Source: a virus
Taxonomy: Duplodnaviria; Caudoviricetes
Direction: 5' to 3' (one strand)
Length of the DNA stretch: 64,000 nt
Virus record (IMG/VR): IMGVR_UViG_3300009768_000006
Coordinates: 38,552 to 102,551 of that record
Part shown: positions 9,532-19,527 of the stretch, one piece after another
Layout: every line of letters begins with the position of its first letter
Position numbering within the stretch: position 1 is the stretch's first letter
Program-made: the position numbers and the translations under genes
The notes under the pieces: model-generated
Told to the model about the DNA's origin: nothing
Databases searched by the model: none
Seen by the model: the letters and a program-made list of their open reading frames with translations, nothing else

Positions 9532-10233
9532 ATGTATGAAAATCTTAGTAAGCTTTTATCCTCACCTCTTATGAATCTAGATCATGTCTATAGATATAGT
9601 GGTATTAAACAACAAGAGATGGAATCTATAGCTATCCATACTTTTGAAGTTCAAATGCTAGGTACTATGATTATAGATACTCTCCAGAATTATCATAATG
9701 AGAAAGACCTAGATATTAATAAATTTCTTAATCTAGCTTTTCATCATGATTTAGAAGAAGCTATTACAGGTGATATACCTAGACCTCTTAAGTATCATGA
9801 TAGTAATATTCATGAATCTTTAAATTCTATAGCTGAGCTAGTAGCTAAGGATCTATTCAGAAATAACTTCTTGGATTGTTCTTCTCATTATAAATCTTGG
9901 TCAGATGCTAAATCAGGTAAAGAAGGTCTTATTGTAAAATTAGCTGATACTCTTACAGTAGTATCTAAGACTATAAAAGAAATAGAGTTACTAGGTAATA
10001 AGTATTTTCTTAAAGTAGCTCTAGAAGTAAGATATTACTTAAATGAATTGGCTAAGAATATAGCTTGTACTGAATTAGACTTCAATTATCATAGCAAAAT
10101 GTATATGAATGATCTACTTTTAGAAGCTTCTAATCATCTAGGAAATATACTTTCTAAATATAGTGAGATAATTGATACGTGTATAACTATTGATAATACT
10201 ATGATAAATAATAATAAAGGAGAATGTGAATGA
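9532..10233 (+). CDS. HD-domain 5'-deoxynucleotidase (YfbR/DatZ-like)
   Basis: RYSG...ESIAIH...HHDLEEAITGDIPRPLK...KLAD. Confidence 0.85.
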   Translation: MYENLSKLLSSPLMNLDHVYRYSGIKQQEMESIAIHTFEVQMLGTMIIDTLQNYHNEKDLDINKFLNLAFHHDLEEAITGDIPRPLKYHDSNIHESLNSIAELVAKDLFRNNFLDCSSHYKSWSDAKSGKEGLIVKLADTLTVVSKTIKEIELLGNKYFLKVALEVRYYLNELAKNIACTELDFNYHSKMYMNDLLLEASNHLGNILSKYSEIIDTCITIDNTMINNNKGECE

Positions 10234-10988
10234 CCAACATAACTATCTTTGAGCCTCATGGTGATGATGCTCTTATATCTTGCTATAAATTATTAAGATC
10301 GGAGGATAATAATAAGCACATAATCACTTTCTCTGACAGATCTTCTAATAAACTAGAGGATAGACCAGAATTACCTAATGTTACTACTCAATTCCTAAAT
10401 ATCCCTGATGTACATTATGACAATCGTATCAAGTATAATACCTATGAATTGAAAAGATTGCTAAGCTCTAATGTAGACATCTACAGTTCCTATATAAATG
10501 ACTCAGATAAATTCTATAGTAAAGATATAGGAATAGACTTCGTAGATAATTATAGTAGGCATAAAGCTGCTATAATGGAGAAACTGGATAATACTGATGT
10601 AATTTTACTACCTTTCGGATTATTCCATCCTAACCATTTCATGACCAGAGATGTATTGGAAAGATTAATCTACTCTATGGATCTACAAGATAAACTTCTA
10701 TACTACATAGACAAACCTTACATAGAGAAGAAATATGTACAATACATGTTGACTTCAGCTATGAATAATATGCATTATACGTCTAATACAGTATTAGACT
10801 ATGATAAAGAAGATCCTGAAATCAAACTAGACATATTCAGAGAATGCTATCCTACTGAACAAGGATTGCTTAGATACTCTAGAAATACAGTATTGAATAG
10901 TCCTGATATGATAGTAAGCACAATCATCAACAATACTAAAGTAAGAGTATTCTTAGATACACTTATGATAGAAGGAGTAAGATTGTAA
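10230..10988 (+). CDS. PIG-L/LmbE-family N-deacetylase-like protein
   Basis: FEPHGDD (PHxDD), HPNH (HxDH-like), YYIDKPY. Confidence 0.65.
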   Translation: MTNITIFEPHGDDALISCYKLLRSEDNNKHIITFSDRSSNKLEDRPELPNVTTQFLNIPDVHYDNRIKYNTYELKRLLSSNVDIYSSYINDSDKFYSKDIGIDFVDNYSRHKAAIMEKLDNTDVILLPFGLFHPNHFMTRDVLERLIYSMDLQDKLLYYIDKPYIEKKYVQYMLTSAMNNMHYTSNTVLDYDKEDPEIKLDIFRECYPTEQGLLRYSRNTVLNSPDMIVSTIINNTKVRVFLDTLMIEGVRL

Positions 10989-10989
10989 C

Positions 10990-12132
10990 ATGAAAGTATT
11001 ATACTTTTGCTACTTGAAAAGTGATCCTAAGCTATGGCCTACTCTAGGAGATATGAGAATGGCTGTAGAAATGAGTAGAGCTCTAGGAAATAACTATGGC
11101 ATAATCCTAGCAGGAGATTTTAGATCCTTTACTGCAGATGAAGCCTATGAGTTGTGTAGTTCATACAATGCTATAGATTATCTGGACCTAGGTGAGTATT
11201 GTGACAGTGCTAGGTACATTAGTAATTCCGCTAAATCTCTCAAGAATATCATAGATAACTATGATCTTATCCATGTTCATACATCTAAGTTAGGTGTCAT
11301 GAGTACTATAAGAAGATTATATCCTAATATTCCAATGGTTGTATCTTATCATAGTCCTCCTGAGACATCAGAAGTAGGTCATTTCTATAAAGATGATCTA
11401 CTGAAATTCCTCAATCAGTCTGATTTCAGATTCGTATGTAACAGTAAGTCTCATAAACAACGTATGATAAATACTCTAAATGTACCAGTGCATACTGTAA
11501 CTAGCTTAACCTATGCCTATAATGCAATTACTGATATATATAATGTAGATAATACTACTAAAATATATAATACTGGTACTATAGGTAGAATAACCTCTGT
11601 GAAACGGATGCTTGATTTGGTGAAGTATTTTAAGTATCTGTATGAGAGGACAGGTGTGCAGTCTTATTATGTAGGAGATATAGGTCCTTATGAAAAGTCT
11701 CCTGATGCTATCAAGTACTATGAAGACTGTAAATATTATCTAGAATCTCCTGCTATAGACTGGATAAAATTTGCTACTCCTATTGAAATAGGACATATAG
11801 TGAAACAAGCTTATACATATACTACATTCAGTCAAGTAGAAACGTTTGGATTGACTCTACTAGAAGCTGGATTATCAGGTATACCTAGTGTAGTATTTGA
11901 TGTAGCAGGACACGGTGAGATTATAGATACAGGATGCAATGGGTATAAATTGAGTATCCCAGACAAGAAACGTTATAAAATATCAGATCTTCATGGAGAT
12001 TTCTATCAACTTGATACTATGGCTAGGGAACTTGATCCAGTTAAAGTAAGAGAGTATACTAAGAATAAATTCAATATGGATAAACTCTATAAAGACTTCG
12101 ATAGGATATACAAGGAGGTATTAAATGGATAA
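10990..12132 (+). CDS. GT-B glycosyltransferase (GT4-like)
   Basis: DLIHVH, GRITSVKR, ETFGLTLLEAGLSGIP, GEII..G.NG. Confidence 0.9.
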   Translation: MKVLYFCYLKSDPKLWPTLGDMRMAVEMSRALGNNYGIILAGDFRSFTADEAYELCSSYNAIDYLDLGEYCDSARYISNSAKSLKNIIDNYDLIHVHTSKLGVMSTIRRLYPNIPMVVSYHSPPETSEVGHFYKDDLLKFLNQSDFRFVCNSKSHKQRMINTLNVPVHTVTSLTYAYNAITDIYNVDNTTKIYNTGTIGRITSVKRMLDLVKYFKYLYERTGVQSYYVGDIGPYEKSPDAIKYYEDCKYYLESPAIDWIKFATPIEIGHIVKQAYTYTTFSQVETFGLTLLEAGLSGIPSVVFDVAGHGEIIDTGCNGYKLSIPDKKRYKISDLHGDFYQLDTMARELDPVKVREYTKNKFNMDKLYKDFDRIYKEVLNG

Positions 12133-12814
12133 TTTAGTGCAACGAGACTACAATGAGCATCTCAGGATTAACTCTGAGAAATCTAATGTCATGGATGATA
12201 AGTATAAACTCTCTGACGATCCGTGGGGTAATGGTGCTAGAGACTTATACACAATACCTATGAGTAGAGTGGTTAGTCTCGTGAAGAATCATATAAGCTA
12301 TCAAGATAGCAAGAATAATATCACCTGGTTAGATATAGGATGTGGTGGTGGATTTGTAGGTAGAGCTATTCGAAAGGCTCTCGTAGAAAATAATATGAAT
12401 ATCTGTATGGAAGGCTACGATATTTCTGATACAGCTATAAATAGGCTTTATGATAATCCTTCTCATAATCCCTATGATATATTATCAGTAGTTGATATGG
12501 AAGAAGTGACTGATGGTAGTTGCTATAAGCATGCGACCATAGTATCATTAGTAGAAGTGCTCTATTACTTAGGTACTAAGAGACCTTGGAAGAAGTCTGT
12601 AGATATGCTATGGGATTCATTACCTATAGGAGCTATAGTGGTAGTAGCAGATGGTCTTATCCCTTATCAATATAGAGATTATCTGAAAACTAAAGCAGAT
12701 GCTTCTCTATTACACAGCTATACAGATCCTGATACAGTAGTGAGTGAGGAAACTACATCAGCTGGTAAAAAGTGGAAACGTAATCTAAAAGTACGTATCT
12801 ATCAAAAGGGCTAA
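12125..12814 (+). CDS. Class I SAM-dependent methyltransferase
   Basis: DDPWG, WLDIGCGGG, GYDISDTAI, EVLYYL (NodS-like pattern). Confidence 0.85.
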   Translation: MDNLVQRDYNEHLRINSEKSNVMDDKYKLSDDPWGNGARDLYTIPMSRVVSLVKNHISYQDSKNNITWLDIGCGGGFVGRAIRKALVENNMNICMEGYDISDTAINRLYDNPSHNPYDILSVVDMEEVTDGSCYKHATIVSLVEVLYYLGTKRPWKKSVDMLWDSLPIGAIVVVADGLIPYQYRDYLKTKADASLLHSYTDPDTVVSEETTSAGKKWKRNLKVRIYQKG

Positions 12815-12832
12815 CTCATAGCATCTGAACGT
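12809..12832 (+). promoter_or_regulatory. Phage promoter motif P3
   Basis: GGCTAACT-N11-AACGT; its TAA is the MTase stop codon. Confidence 0.75.
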
Positions 12833-12842
12833 TTATATAGTT

Positions 12843-13018
12843 GTAAGTGGTCGCTCAAGTAAGTCAAATGATCCGATGAAAGTGGACAATCTGGACGAGT
12901 TGAGAAAGGGTGAGTTCCGATGCAGTAGGTAGTATTATAAAATGCTTTATAGATAAAATGAGGACGCTCTTTCGCCCTCAACCAATAAGCCTCCTACAAG
13001 TTAGAGGAGGCTTATTTT
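12843..13018 (+). ncRNA. Putative small structured RNA with own promoter and terminator
   Basis: No ORF; stems 12854-58/12900-04 and 12907-14/12971-78 (G-U pairs); bounded by P3 and a terminator. Confidence 0.6.
12984..13018 (+). terminator. Intrinsic terminator
   Basis: AATAAGCCTCCT...AGGAGGCTTATT followed by TT. Confidence 0.85.
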
Positions 13019-13027
13019 ATAATAATT

Positions 13028-13051
13028 GCCTAACTTAATAGAGTACAACGT
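13028..13051 (+). promoter_or_regulatory. Phage promoter motif P4
   Basis: GCCTAACT-N11-AACGT. Confidence 0.8.
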
Positions 13052-13084
13052 CTTTATAGTTGCTTACAAAGGAGGTTCAAAATT

Positions 13085-13414
13085 ATGAACAAAAAGTGCT
13101 TGGCAAGTCCCGTCTTGGTGGATGCAGTACTGATCAAAGACATTGTAGATGCAGCTAAAATCGACGAGTATGAGTCTATGCCTGTGTGGGTTCGTAGAGC
13201 ATTGGACGACGGTAGGCTGGTTATTAACGCTAAAGGAGTCGCTGTTGAAAGATATCAAGGAGAAATCTTGTATGGTAAGATGAGCGACTACTTGGTAAAA
13301 GGCTTGAACAATGACATTATCACTGTGAAAAGTACCATGTTCAGTGTCTATTACAGTGTGGTGGATTACAAATCTCTCAACAAACAATTTCGAGAAGAGT
13401 CAGGTGTGATCTAA
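13085..13414 (+). CDS. Hypothetical protein
   Basis: ORF with GGAGG RBS after P4. Confidence 0.7.
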   Translation: MNKKCLASPVLVDAVLIKDIVDAAKIDEYESMPVWVRRALDDGRLVINAKGVAVERYQGEILYGKMSDYLVKGLNNDIITVKSTMFSVYYSVVDYKSLNKQFREESGVI

Positions 13415-13415
13415 G

Positions 13416-15203
13416 TTGACTAATTATGACGATAAGTCTATCAGAGTCTTAGGGGACATAGAGCATGTAAGACTTCGCCCAACTATGTATATAAACACGG
13501 ATAGGCCTAGTTTCCAGATGTTCGATGAAATATTCTCTAACGCTCTTGATGAAGCTATAAATGGCTATGCTACGGAATTATCTGTAGAAATAGACTATAA
13601 ACAATCGAAGATAACTGTTACAGATAACGGTAGAGGCTTGCCACAAGGAATCAATGAAGAGACAGGTAAGCCTACTATCGTTATAATCTATAGCAAGCTC
13701 AATTCAGGAGGTAAGTATAACCAAGATAGCTATGGTATATCTGGAGGATTAAATGGAGTAGGATCTTGCGTAGTGAATGCTCTATCAAAACGTCTAGATG
13801 TAGTAACATGGAGAGATAAAATAGCTAAACATGCATCATTCAGTGAAGGTATCTTGACAGTATATGAGTCTATAGGAAATTACAAGTCCAAATCCAAATC
13901 TGGTACTATCGTATCATATTTTATAGATACTGATCACAAAATATTCACTAGTGATAGTCTTAGTACATATGAGCAAGACATATTAAACAAATTTAGGTTG
14001 GTTAAGACTTTAAGACCTGATATTAACTTAGTTTATAATGGGTCTGCTGTAGATCCTGTAGAATTAGATAAGTTCCTAGTATTCACTAAATCTACACTTT
14101 TAGATAATTCTATCATATACAATTCTAAAGACATTAAGTTAGCTATCAACTGGAGCATAGATACTAATGTATTGCATCAGCAAACTTACTGTAATTTCAT
14201 CCACAATATATTAGGCGGAGATAATGAAAAAGGATTAGAAGATGCTCTTGTAGAGTATTTTAATAATCGTGATATATTATTAGGATTACGTCTAGTAATT
14301 TCTACTATGTATCCTAATGTAGAATATGATTCTCAAGCGAAGCTAAAAGCTGTATCTAAAGACATGAGATTGTATGTAAAGGATAAAGTCCTAGCATATC
14401 TTAAGAATTATTTTAAATCAAATCCTGATGATAAAGAGAAGATAATTCAACTCATCAATACTAAACGAGTTGATATGAATAAAAGGAACAATAAGAGCAA
14501 TGTTCGCAGGGATAGGAAAACAGCCTATTTGAATGCTCTAGGAGTAAATGGTTTTGCTGATTGTACAACGAAGTGTAGGGATGATGCTGAGCTTTACATA
14601 TGTGAAGGTGAGTCAGCTGCGGGGTCTTTGAAGCAAGCTAGGGACGTCTTAACTCAGGCAATCATGCCCTTGAGAGGGAAGTTCATTAATGCTTACACTG
14701 CTGATGTCTCCTCATTATTGAAGAATGCGGAAGTAGCTACACTATTATCCAGTATTAATACAGGAATATATGAAGAAGCTAATATAGTAAAGTCTAGATA
14801 TGGTAAGATAATAATAACTACAGACGCAGATGAAGATGGTAAGAATATTGCTTGTCTGCTTATAGCATTCTTCGCTAATACCATACCAGATTTACTGAGG
14901 AATGGTCTAATATACTTAGCATTGCCTCCACTATACGGTACTAATATTAAGAATACATTTATCCCTATATATACTGAATTAGAGAAGGATAGATATTTAG
15001 CCCAAGGTGCATATGTACAACGTTATAAAGGTTTGGGTGAAATGTCCGTCCCTCAGATAAGTCTCTCCTGCATGAATAAGGAGACTAGAAAAATACTGCA
15101 ATTAGTATCTACTGACGCATGTATGAAAGTGGTGGCTGATATTATGGGTAGTAATTCAGATTACAGAAGAGATCTTCTTAAGAAAGTAGGTGTACTGCTA
15201 TGA
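13416..15203 (+). CDS. gyrB: Type IIA topoisomerase subunit B (GyrB/ParE-like)
   Basis: EHVRLRPTMYI, NALDEA, DNGRG, GGLNGVG, EGESA, PLRGK, DADEDG, RYKGLGEM. Confidence 0.9.
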   Translation: MTNYDDKSIRVLGDIEHVRLRPTMYINTDRPSFQMFDEIFSNALDEAINGYATELSVEIDYKQSKITVTDNGRGLPQGINEETGKPTIVIIYSKLNSGGKYNQDSYGISGGLNGVGSCVVNALSKRLDVVTWRDKIAKHASFSEGILTVYESIGNYKSKSKSGTIVSYFIDTDHKIFTSDSLSTYEQDILNKFRLVKTLRPDINLVYNGSAVDPVELDKFLVFTKSTLLDNSIIYNSKDIKLAINWSIDTNVLHQQTYCNFIHNILGGDNEKGLEDALVEYFNNRDILLGLRLVISTMYPNVEYDSQAKLKAVSKDMRLYVKDKVLAYLKNYFKSNPDDKEKIIQLINTKRVDMNKRNNKSNVRRDRKTAYLNALGVNGFADCTTKCRDDAELYICEGESAAGSLKQARDVLTQAIMPLRGKFINAYTADVSSLLKNAEVATLLSSINTGIYEEANIVKSRYGKIIITTDADEDGKNIACLLIAFFANTIPDLLRNGLIYLALPPLYGTNIKNTFIPIYTELEKDRYLAQGAYVQRYKGLGEMSVPQISLSCMNKETRKILQLVSTDACMKVVADIMGSNSDYRRDLLKKVGVLL

Positions 15204-15268
15204 TAGTGATGTTATTGCTCCTGTTATTAGCGATAATTACCTGCATAGTGGAGAGTCATTATGAATAA
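15200..15268 (+). CDS. 22-aa hydrophobic peptide overlapping both topoisomerase genes
   Basis: MIVMLLLLLLAIITCIVESHYE; ATGA overlap with gyrB stop. Confidence 0.35.
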   Translation: MIVMLLLLLLAIITCIVESHYE

Positions 15269-17081
15269 GTCTAACTTAGTAGGAGATATAGTTACAGATT
15301 ATACTGCTAGTTACGCTAAATACGTAGCTACATCTAGAGCTATTCCCTCTCTTATGGATGGCTTGAAGCCTGTAGCTAGAAGATGCATTAATAGTGCAGA
15401 TGATTTGAAGATATATCATGACAAGAAATTTCTTAAAGTAGCTAAATTAGAAGGACAAGTAATGGGTGACTATCATCCTCATGGAGGAGCATCCATGGTG
15501 CAGTTAGCTCAACCATTCAAGACTAGATATCCATTGTTCGATGGACAAGGTAATTTTGGCTGTGCTGATCTACCAAATTCAGTAGCAGCTTCTAGATACA
15601 TAGAGACGAAGCTGTCTAAATTCTGCGAGGATTTCTATCTTAAAGATGCTGAATTCGCAGATATCGATGATAATTATGACGGTAGATTGAAGGAGAAAGT
15701 ACTATACTATCCAGATTTACCTGGAGTGATGTTCACAGGAGCATCTGGTATAGCTGTAGGATTATCAACTAGTATCCCTATTCATACGATTACTGATGTA
15801 GCTAACTCATTGCTACTATATATAAAGAATAATTATAACAATACTGACAGTAATGAAGAGTACATTTCAGTACTTATGCCTGAGACTTGTGAGAAATCTA
15901 TAATAGCTACAGACAAAGTAGAAATAGCCTCTATGTATAAAAATGGAGAAGGATCTATAGTTTATAAAGCAGCTACTCATAGAGAGACTATAGATGGAGT
16001 TCCTGCATTGGTAGTAGATGCATTTCCTCCAGATTACTCTAAGAAGCGTCTTGATAATAGCATTATCCTTGATGCTGTAGAGAATAATATGCTTACATTA
16101 CTTAATGAATCCTCTGTGAATGTAAGATATGTTTTCATATCTTCTGATAGTAATCTTCTGGATACTATAGAGAATAAGCTAGACACTAGAATTAGCTATA
16201 GGTTCTACATAGAACATAGAGGAGTAATCAAAAAGTATAAATTAGCTGAGATCTATGACACATTTATAGTAGAAAAACTAGGGTTCATAGATAGAAAGTA
16301 TAAAGTACTGCTAGCTAAAGTAGAAAATCAATTAAAATATTATGAAGCTCTATTAAAATTTAGAAGTGGTAATTACGCTAAGAAGGTAATTAGTATGGAT
16401 GAGCAGGATGCTATATCTTATCTTAGTACTGAACTGAGAATAGATAAAACTGTGGCTTCTAGTATTTTAAGCTCTACTATAAGAGAATTGCTATCCTCTA
16501 ATCTGGATAATATAAACAGAAAATTATCAGATCTCAGAGATAAGAAACTTAATTATGAATCATTCATCGCTAATCCTCTGAATAAGCTGATCAATGACAT
16601 AGAAGTACTTAAGAGTAATTATTTAGGAGAAGTCCGTAATGCTGTGCATATCTCAGACATAATAGATAAGGTAGACATAGATACTCAGCTAGGACATATG
16701 AGTATCAATAAAACATCTAGATATCTGGTAGCTACGAAAGATAATAATATTATCTGTGTCTATGGTAGTGATTTAGTTTCAGATGCGGCAGTATCTACTA
16801 AATTAGTAATATCTGCAGAATACAATTATTATTTGCTAGTAGCTCCTAAGGGATTCATAGTTATGAGACTTGAAGATATTATCTCCAAGGGTAGTAAACT
16901 AAATTCTGGTGTATTAGCTAATATATTAGGATTCAATAATCTCAAGAATAGCATAGTGTACATGACCAGTGATAGTAGAAGGAAGTACAGCATAGCATTA
17001 GATGATACATTCTTACGTACTAGATTGTCTATAATATATCCTGATAGGGTAGTGACAGGCGCCTCCTTCTCATTTGCCTAA
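15261..17081 (+). CDS. gyrA: Type IIA topoisomerase subunit A (GyrA/ParC-like)
   Basis: RAIPSLMDGLKPVARR, YHPHG, GQGNFG, ASRY (catalytic Tyr), GIAVG. Confidence 0.9.
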   Translation: MNKSNLVGDIVTDYTASYAKYVATSRAIPSLMDGLKPVARRCINSADDLKIYHDKKFLKVAKLEGQVMGDYHPHGGASMVQLAQPFKTRYPLFDGQGNFGCADLPNSVAASRYIETKLSKFCEDFYLKDAEFADIDDNYDGRLKEKVLYYPDLPGVMFTGASGIAVGLSTSIPIHTITDVANSLLLYIKNNYNNTDSNEEYISVLMPETCEKSIIATDKVEIASMYKNGEGSIVYKAATHRETIDGVPALVVDAFPPDYSKKRLDNSIILDAVENNMLTLLNESSVNVRYVFISSDSNLLDTIENKLDTRISYRFYIEHRGVIKKYKLAEIYDTFIVEKLGFIDRKYKVLLAKVENQLKYYEALLKFRSGNYAKKVISMDEQDAISYLSTELRIDKTVASSILSSTIRELLSSNLDNINRKLSDLRDKKLNYESFIANPLNKLINDIEVLKSNYLGEVRNAVHISDIIDKVDIDTQLGHMSINKTSRYLVATKDNNIICVYGSDLVSDAAVSTKLVISAEYNYYLLVAPKGFIVMRLEDIISKGSKLNSGVLANILGFNNLKNSIVYMTSDSRRKYSIALDDTFLRTRLSIIYPDRVVTGASFSFA

Positions 17082-17099
17082 CTCTTGAGGATTGAACGT
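17076..17099 (+). promoter_or_regulatory. Phage promoter motif P5
   Basis: GCCTAACT-N11-AACGT; its TAA is the gyrA stop. Confidence 0.8.
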
Positions 17100-17121
17100 T
17101 GTTTATGTTGAGGTGAGGAAA

Positions 17122-17964
17122 ATGTGCAAAGTATATTTAGCTTCTGGTTGGTTCGACGAAATTTCTATGAGAGACATCAATGTACTAGAAGATACATTGT
17201 TATCACTTCCTGTCGATGCTTACCTGCCTAGGATTCATGGGAAGCTACTGAATGCAGGAGAGAAGAATGATGCTTCAGTCCGCAAGTCTATATATGAAGA
17301 GAACATGAAACATATAGACGAAGCAGATATAGTAGTAGCCAATGTTAATTCTGCTGTGAAGTATTATGATCAAGGAACTATGTATGAGCTAGGATACGCA
17401 TTAGCTGAGAACAAGCACGTAATCTGCGTGAATCTCAATAAGAATCCACCTAAGTACGAGTCTATACACGTAAATACTGTATATAGCCTGCATGAGTTAA
17501 AGCAGGCTATCAGACGATATATTGAAAGAATTGACTATGATCGTAAAGGTACGATCTATTACATCAGCGATTCTTCTCTATATGAAGAACCAGATTATTT
17601 CGATAATATGTCTATACTTAAGTTGTTAGATTATTATGAGATTGTATGCCTGGATGAGAATATTAAATATGCTCAGTCAACTATAGCGAAGCTGAAACGG
17701 TTCACTAATAAAGATTTACTGTTCGCTGTGATAGATAATAGGCATCCTGTAGTATCAATGGCTATAGGAGCAGCAAAGTCTGTAGGGTTGCCTGTAGTAA
17801 CTTATACTAATCATGATTATGGAGTAAATGTCATGCTCCTCGAGTCCATTCACTCTCATATAAAAGGATCTGAAGAATTGGTGAAGTTCGTAGAAGCATT
17901 GAAATCAGAAGGAGGTATCAATAGTCTTGATAGGAGTGATACGAAGAATATTCGTACTTATTAA
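17122..17964 (+). CDS. Nucleoside 2-deoxyribosyltransferase-family protein, apparently two NDT-like domains
   Basis: KVYLASGWF, DEADIVVA, DQGTMYELGYA. Start moved to ATG 17122 (GAGGTGAGG RBS; TTG 17092 lies inside P5). Confidence 0.8.
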   Translation: MCKVYLASGWFDEISMRDINVLEDTLLSLPVDAYLPRIHGKLLNAGEKNDASVRKSIYEENMKHIDEADIVVANVNSAVKYYDQGTMYELGYALAENKHVICVNLNKNPPKYESIHVNTVYSLHELKQAIRRYIERIDYDRKGTIYYISDSSLYEEPDYFDNMSILKLLDYYEIVCLDENIKYAQSTIAKLKRFTNKDLLFAVIDNRHPVVSMAIGAAKSVGLPVVTYTNHDYGVNVMLLESIHSHIKGSEELVKFVEALKSEGGINSLDRSDTKNIRTY

Positions 17965-17975
17965 GACATAATGTT

Positions 17976-19499
17976 ATGAAGCTATATCAGAAAGCAGAAT
18001 ATCCTTACAGGATATATTTAGGAGGAGAGGATGCAGAATTATATACAGTAGTATCTAATATAACTAGTAAATATTCTAAAGAAACTCAGGATAGTGATGA
18101 GTTATCTACGATAATACTTTTGGATAAAGATAATGATCCTTATACTTATATAGGATTATATAGTATCTTGAAAGCAGAGATACTCACAATGGGTTTCTCA
18201 GTAACTATAGATCTAGACTTACCTTCTTCGTTCAGTACTAAGTTAGCTAATATTGATAATAATTATCTCGATGGTATTACTTTACGAGACTATCAAATAG
18301 AAGCTATAAAGACTTGCTTAGATATCAAACGAGGGCTTGTCCAATCTCCTACGGGGAGTGGTAAGTCTGAAATGATAGCAGGTGTGTGTAAGTACTTGCT
18401 TTTGAATAAACAAGGTAATATACTTATATGTGTGCCTACTACGAATCTTCTATATCAGACAGTAGATAGATTAGAGCTACGTGGTATAGATAAGGATGAT
18501 ATATCAGCATTTGGCGATGGTAATACAATAGACTTCAATAGAAGAGTACTGGTAGCTACAGTAGCTTCTGTATACAATAGTATTGTGAAGGAATCTATTA
18601 CTCACAATGATTGGTACAAGAATGTGCTATGCACTATAATGGATGAAGCACATCATAGTCACTGTAGAACTTGGAGTACTATCATAGATAGTATAGCTCC
18701 TGAATATATATTAGGATTTTCTGCAGAACCATTCAATCGTACAGAGGATTATTTAGTCACTGATCTGATACTTAGAGGAATAGTAGGATCTATTATATAC
18801 TCTGTATCTATCGATAAGCTAGTAAAAGCAGGATATTTATCGAAGCCTTATGTTATAGCTCTAGATACTACTTATAATGGAAACATTATGAATATCATAG
18901 ATTGGCAAGTAGTTAACAAGCTAGGAATAATTACAAATAAAAGTAGAAATGAATCTATCGTAACTATAGCTAATTATCTAGTAAGCATAAATAAGAATCC
19001 TATAATATTAGTAGCACAGATAGCTCATGGTGAAACTATAGCTAAGATGATATCTAGCTATGGATATAAAGTAGCATTTATTACAGGAGGTCTTAATACT
19101 ACTATATATTTGGATGGTAGAGATATAGACAATTACAAAGATAAAGATGGTATAGTCAAAACTTTGTTCATGGAAAATGCTATAGATGTATTAATAGGTA
19201 CTTCTACTATGGATGAAGGTGTAGATTTACCATCGCTAAGTTCTGTGATATTAGCAGGAGGTAGTAAGAGTAAACTACGCATAATCCAAAGAATAGGTAG
19301 AGGATTAAGACCTAAGAAAGATGATAATACTACAGTGATTATAGACTTCAGAGATAGATTCAATGTAGTGTTAGCTAAGCATCATAGATTACGTAAAGAA
19401 ATGTTTGATTCACTTAATATCCCTGTCTATTATGGTAAAACTATAGAGAATATAGCAGAAATAATAAAGAATTTCAGCGAGGCCAACTCTCATACCTAG
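17976..19499 (+). CDS. SF2 DNA helicase (UvsW-like)
   Basis: LRDYQ, SPTGSGKS, DEAH, SAE, EGVDLP, QRIGRGLR. Confidence 0.9.
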   Translation: MKLYQKAEYPYRIYLGGEDAELYTVVSNITSKYSKETQDSDELSTIILLDKDNDPYTYIGLYSILKAEILTMGFSVTIDLDLPSSFSTKLANIDNNYLDGITLRDYQIEAIKTCLDIKRGLVQSPTGSGKSEMIAGVCKYLLLNKQGNILICVPTTNLLYQTVDRLELRGIDKDDISAFGDGNTIDFNRRVLVATVASVYNSIVKESITHNDWYKNVLCTIMDEAHHSHCRTWSTIIDSIAPEYILGFSAEPFNRTEDYLVTDLILRGIVGSIIYSVSIDKLVKAGYLSKPYVIALDTTYNGNIMNIIDWQVVNKLGIITNKSRNESIVTIANYLVSINKNPIILVAQIAHGETIAKMISSYGYKVAFITGGLNTTIYLDGRDIDNYKDKDGIVKTLFMENAIDVLIGTSTMDEGVDLPSLSSVILAGGSKSKLRIIQRIGRGLRPKKDDNTTVIIDFRDRFNVVLAKHHRLRKEMFDSLNIPVYYGKTIENIAEIIKNFSEANSHT

Positions 19500-19504
19500 A
19501 ACGT
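19481..19504 (+). promoter_or_regulatory. Phage promoter motif P6
   Basis: GGCCAACT-N11-AACGT. Confidence 0.7.
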
Positions 19505-19527
19505 TCTAATAGTTAGAGGTAGAAATT

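Noticed and set aside
9532-10233. Z-genome (2-aminoadenine) system suggested by the DatZ-like HD enzyme and MazG-like gene
   Set aside because: No PurZ/PurA homolog in the window; neighbouring genes point to glycosylation instead
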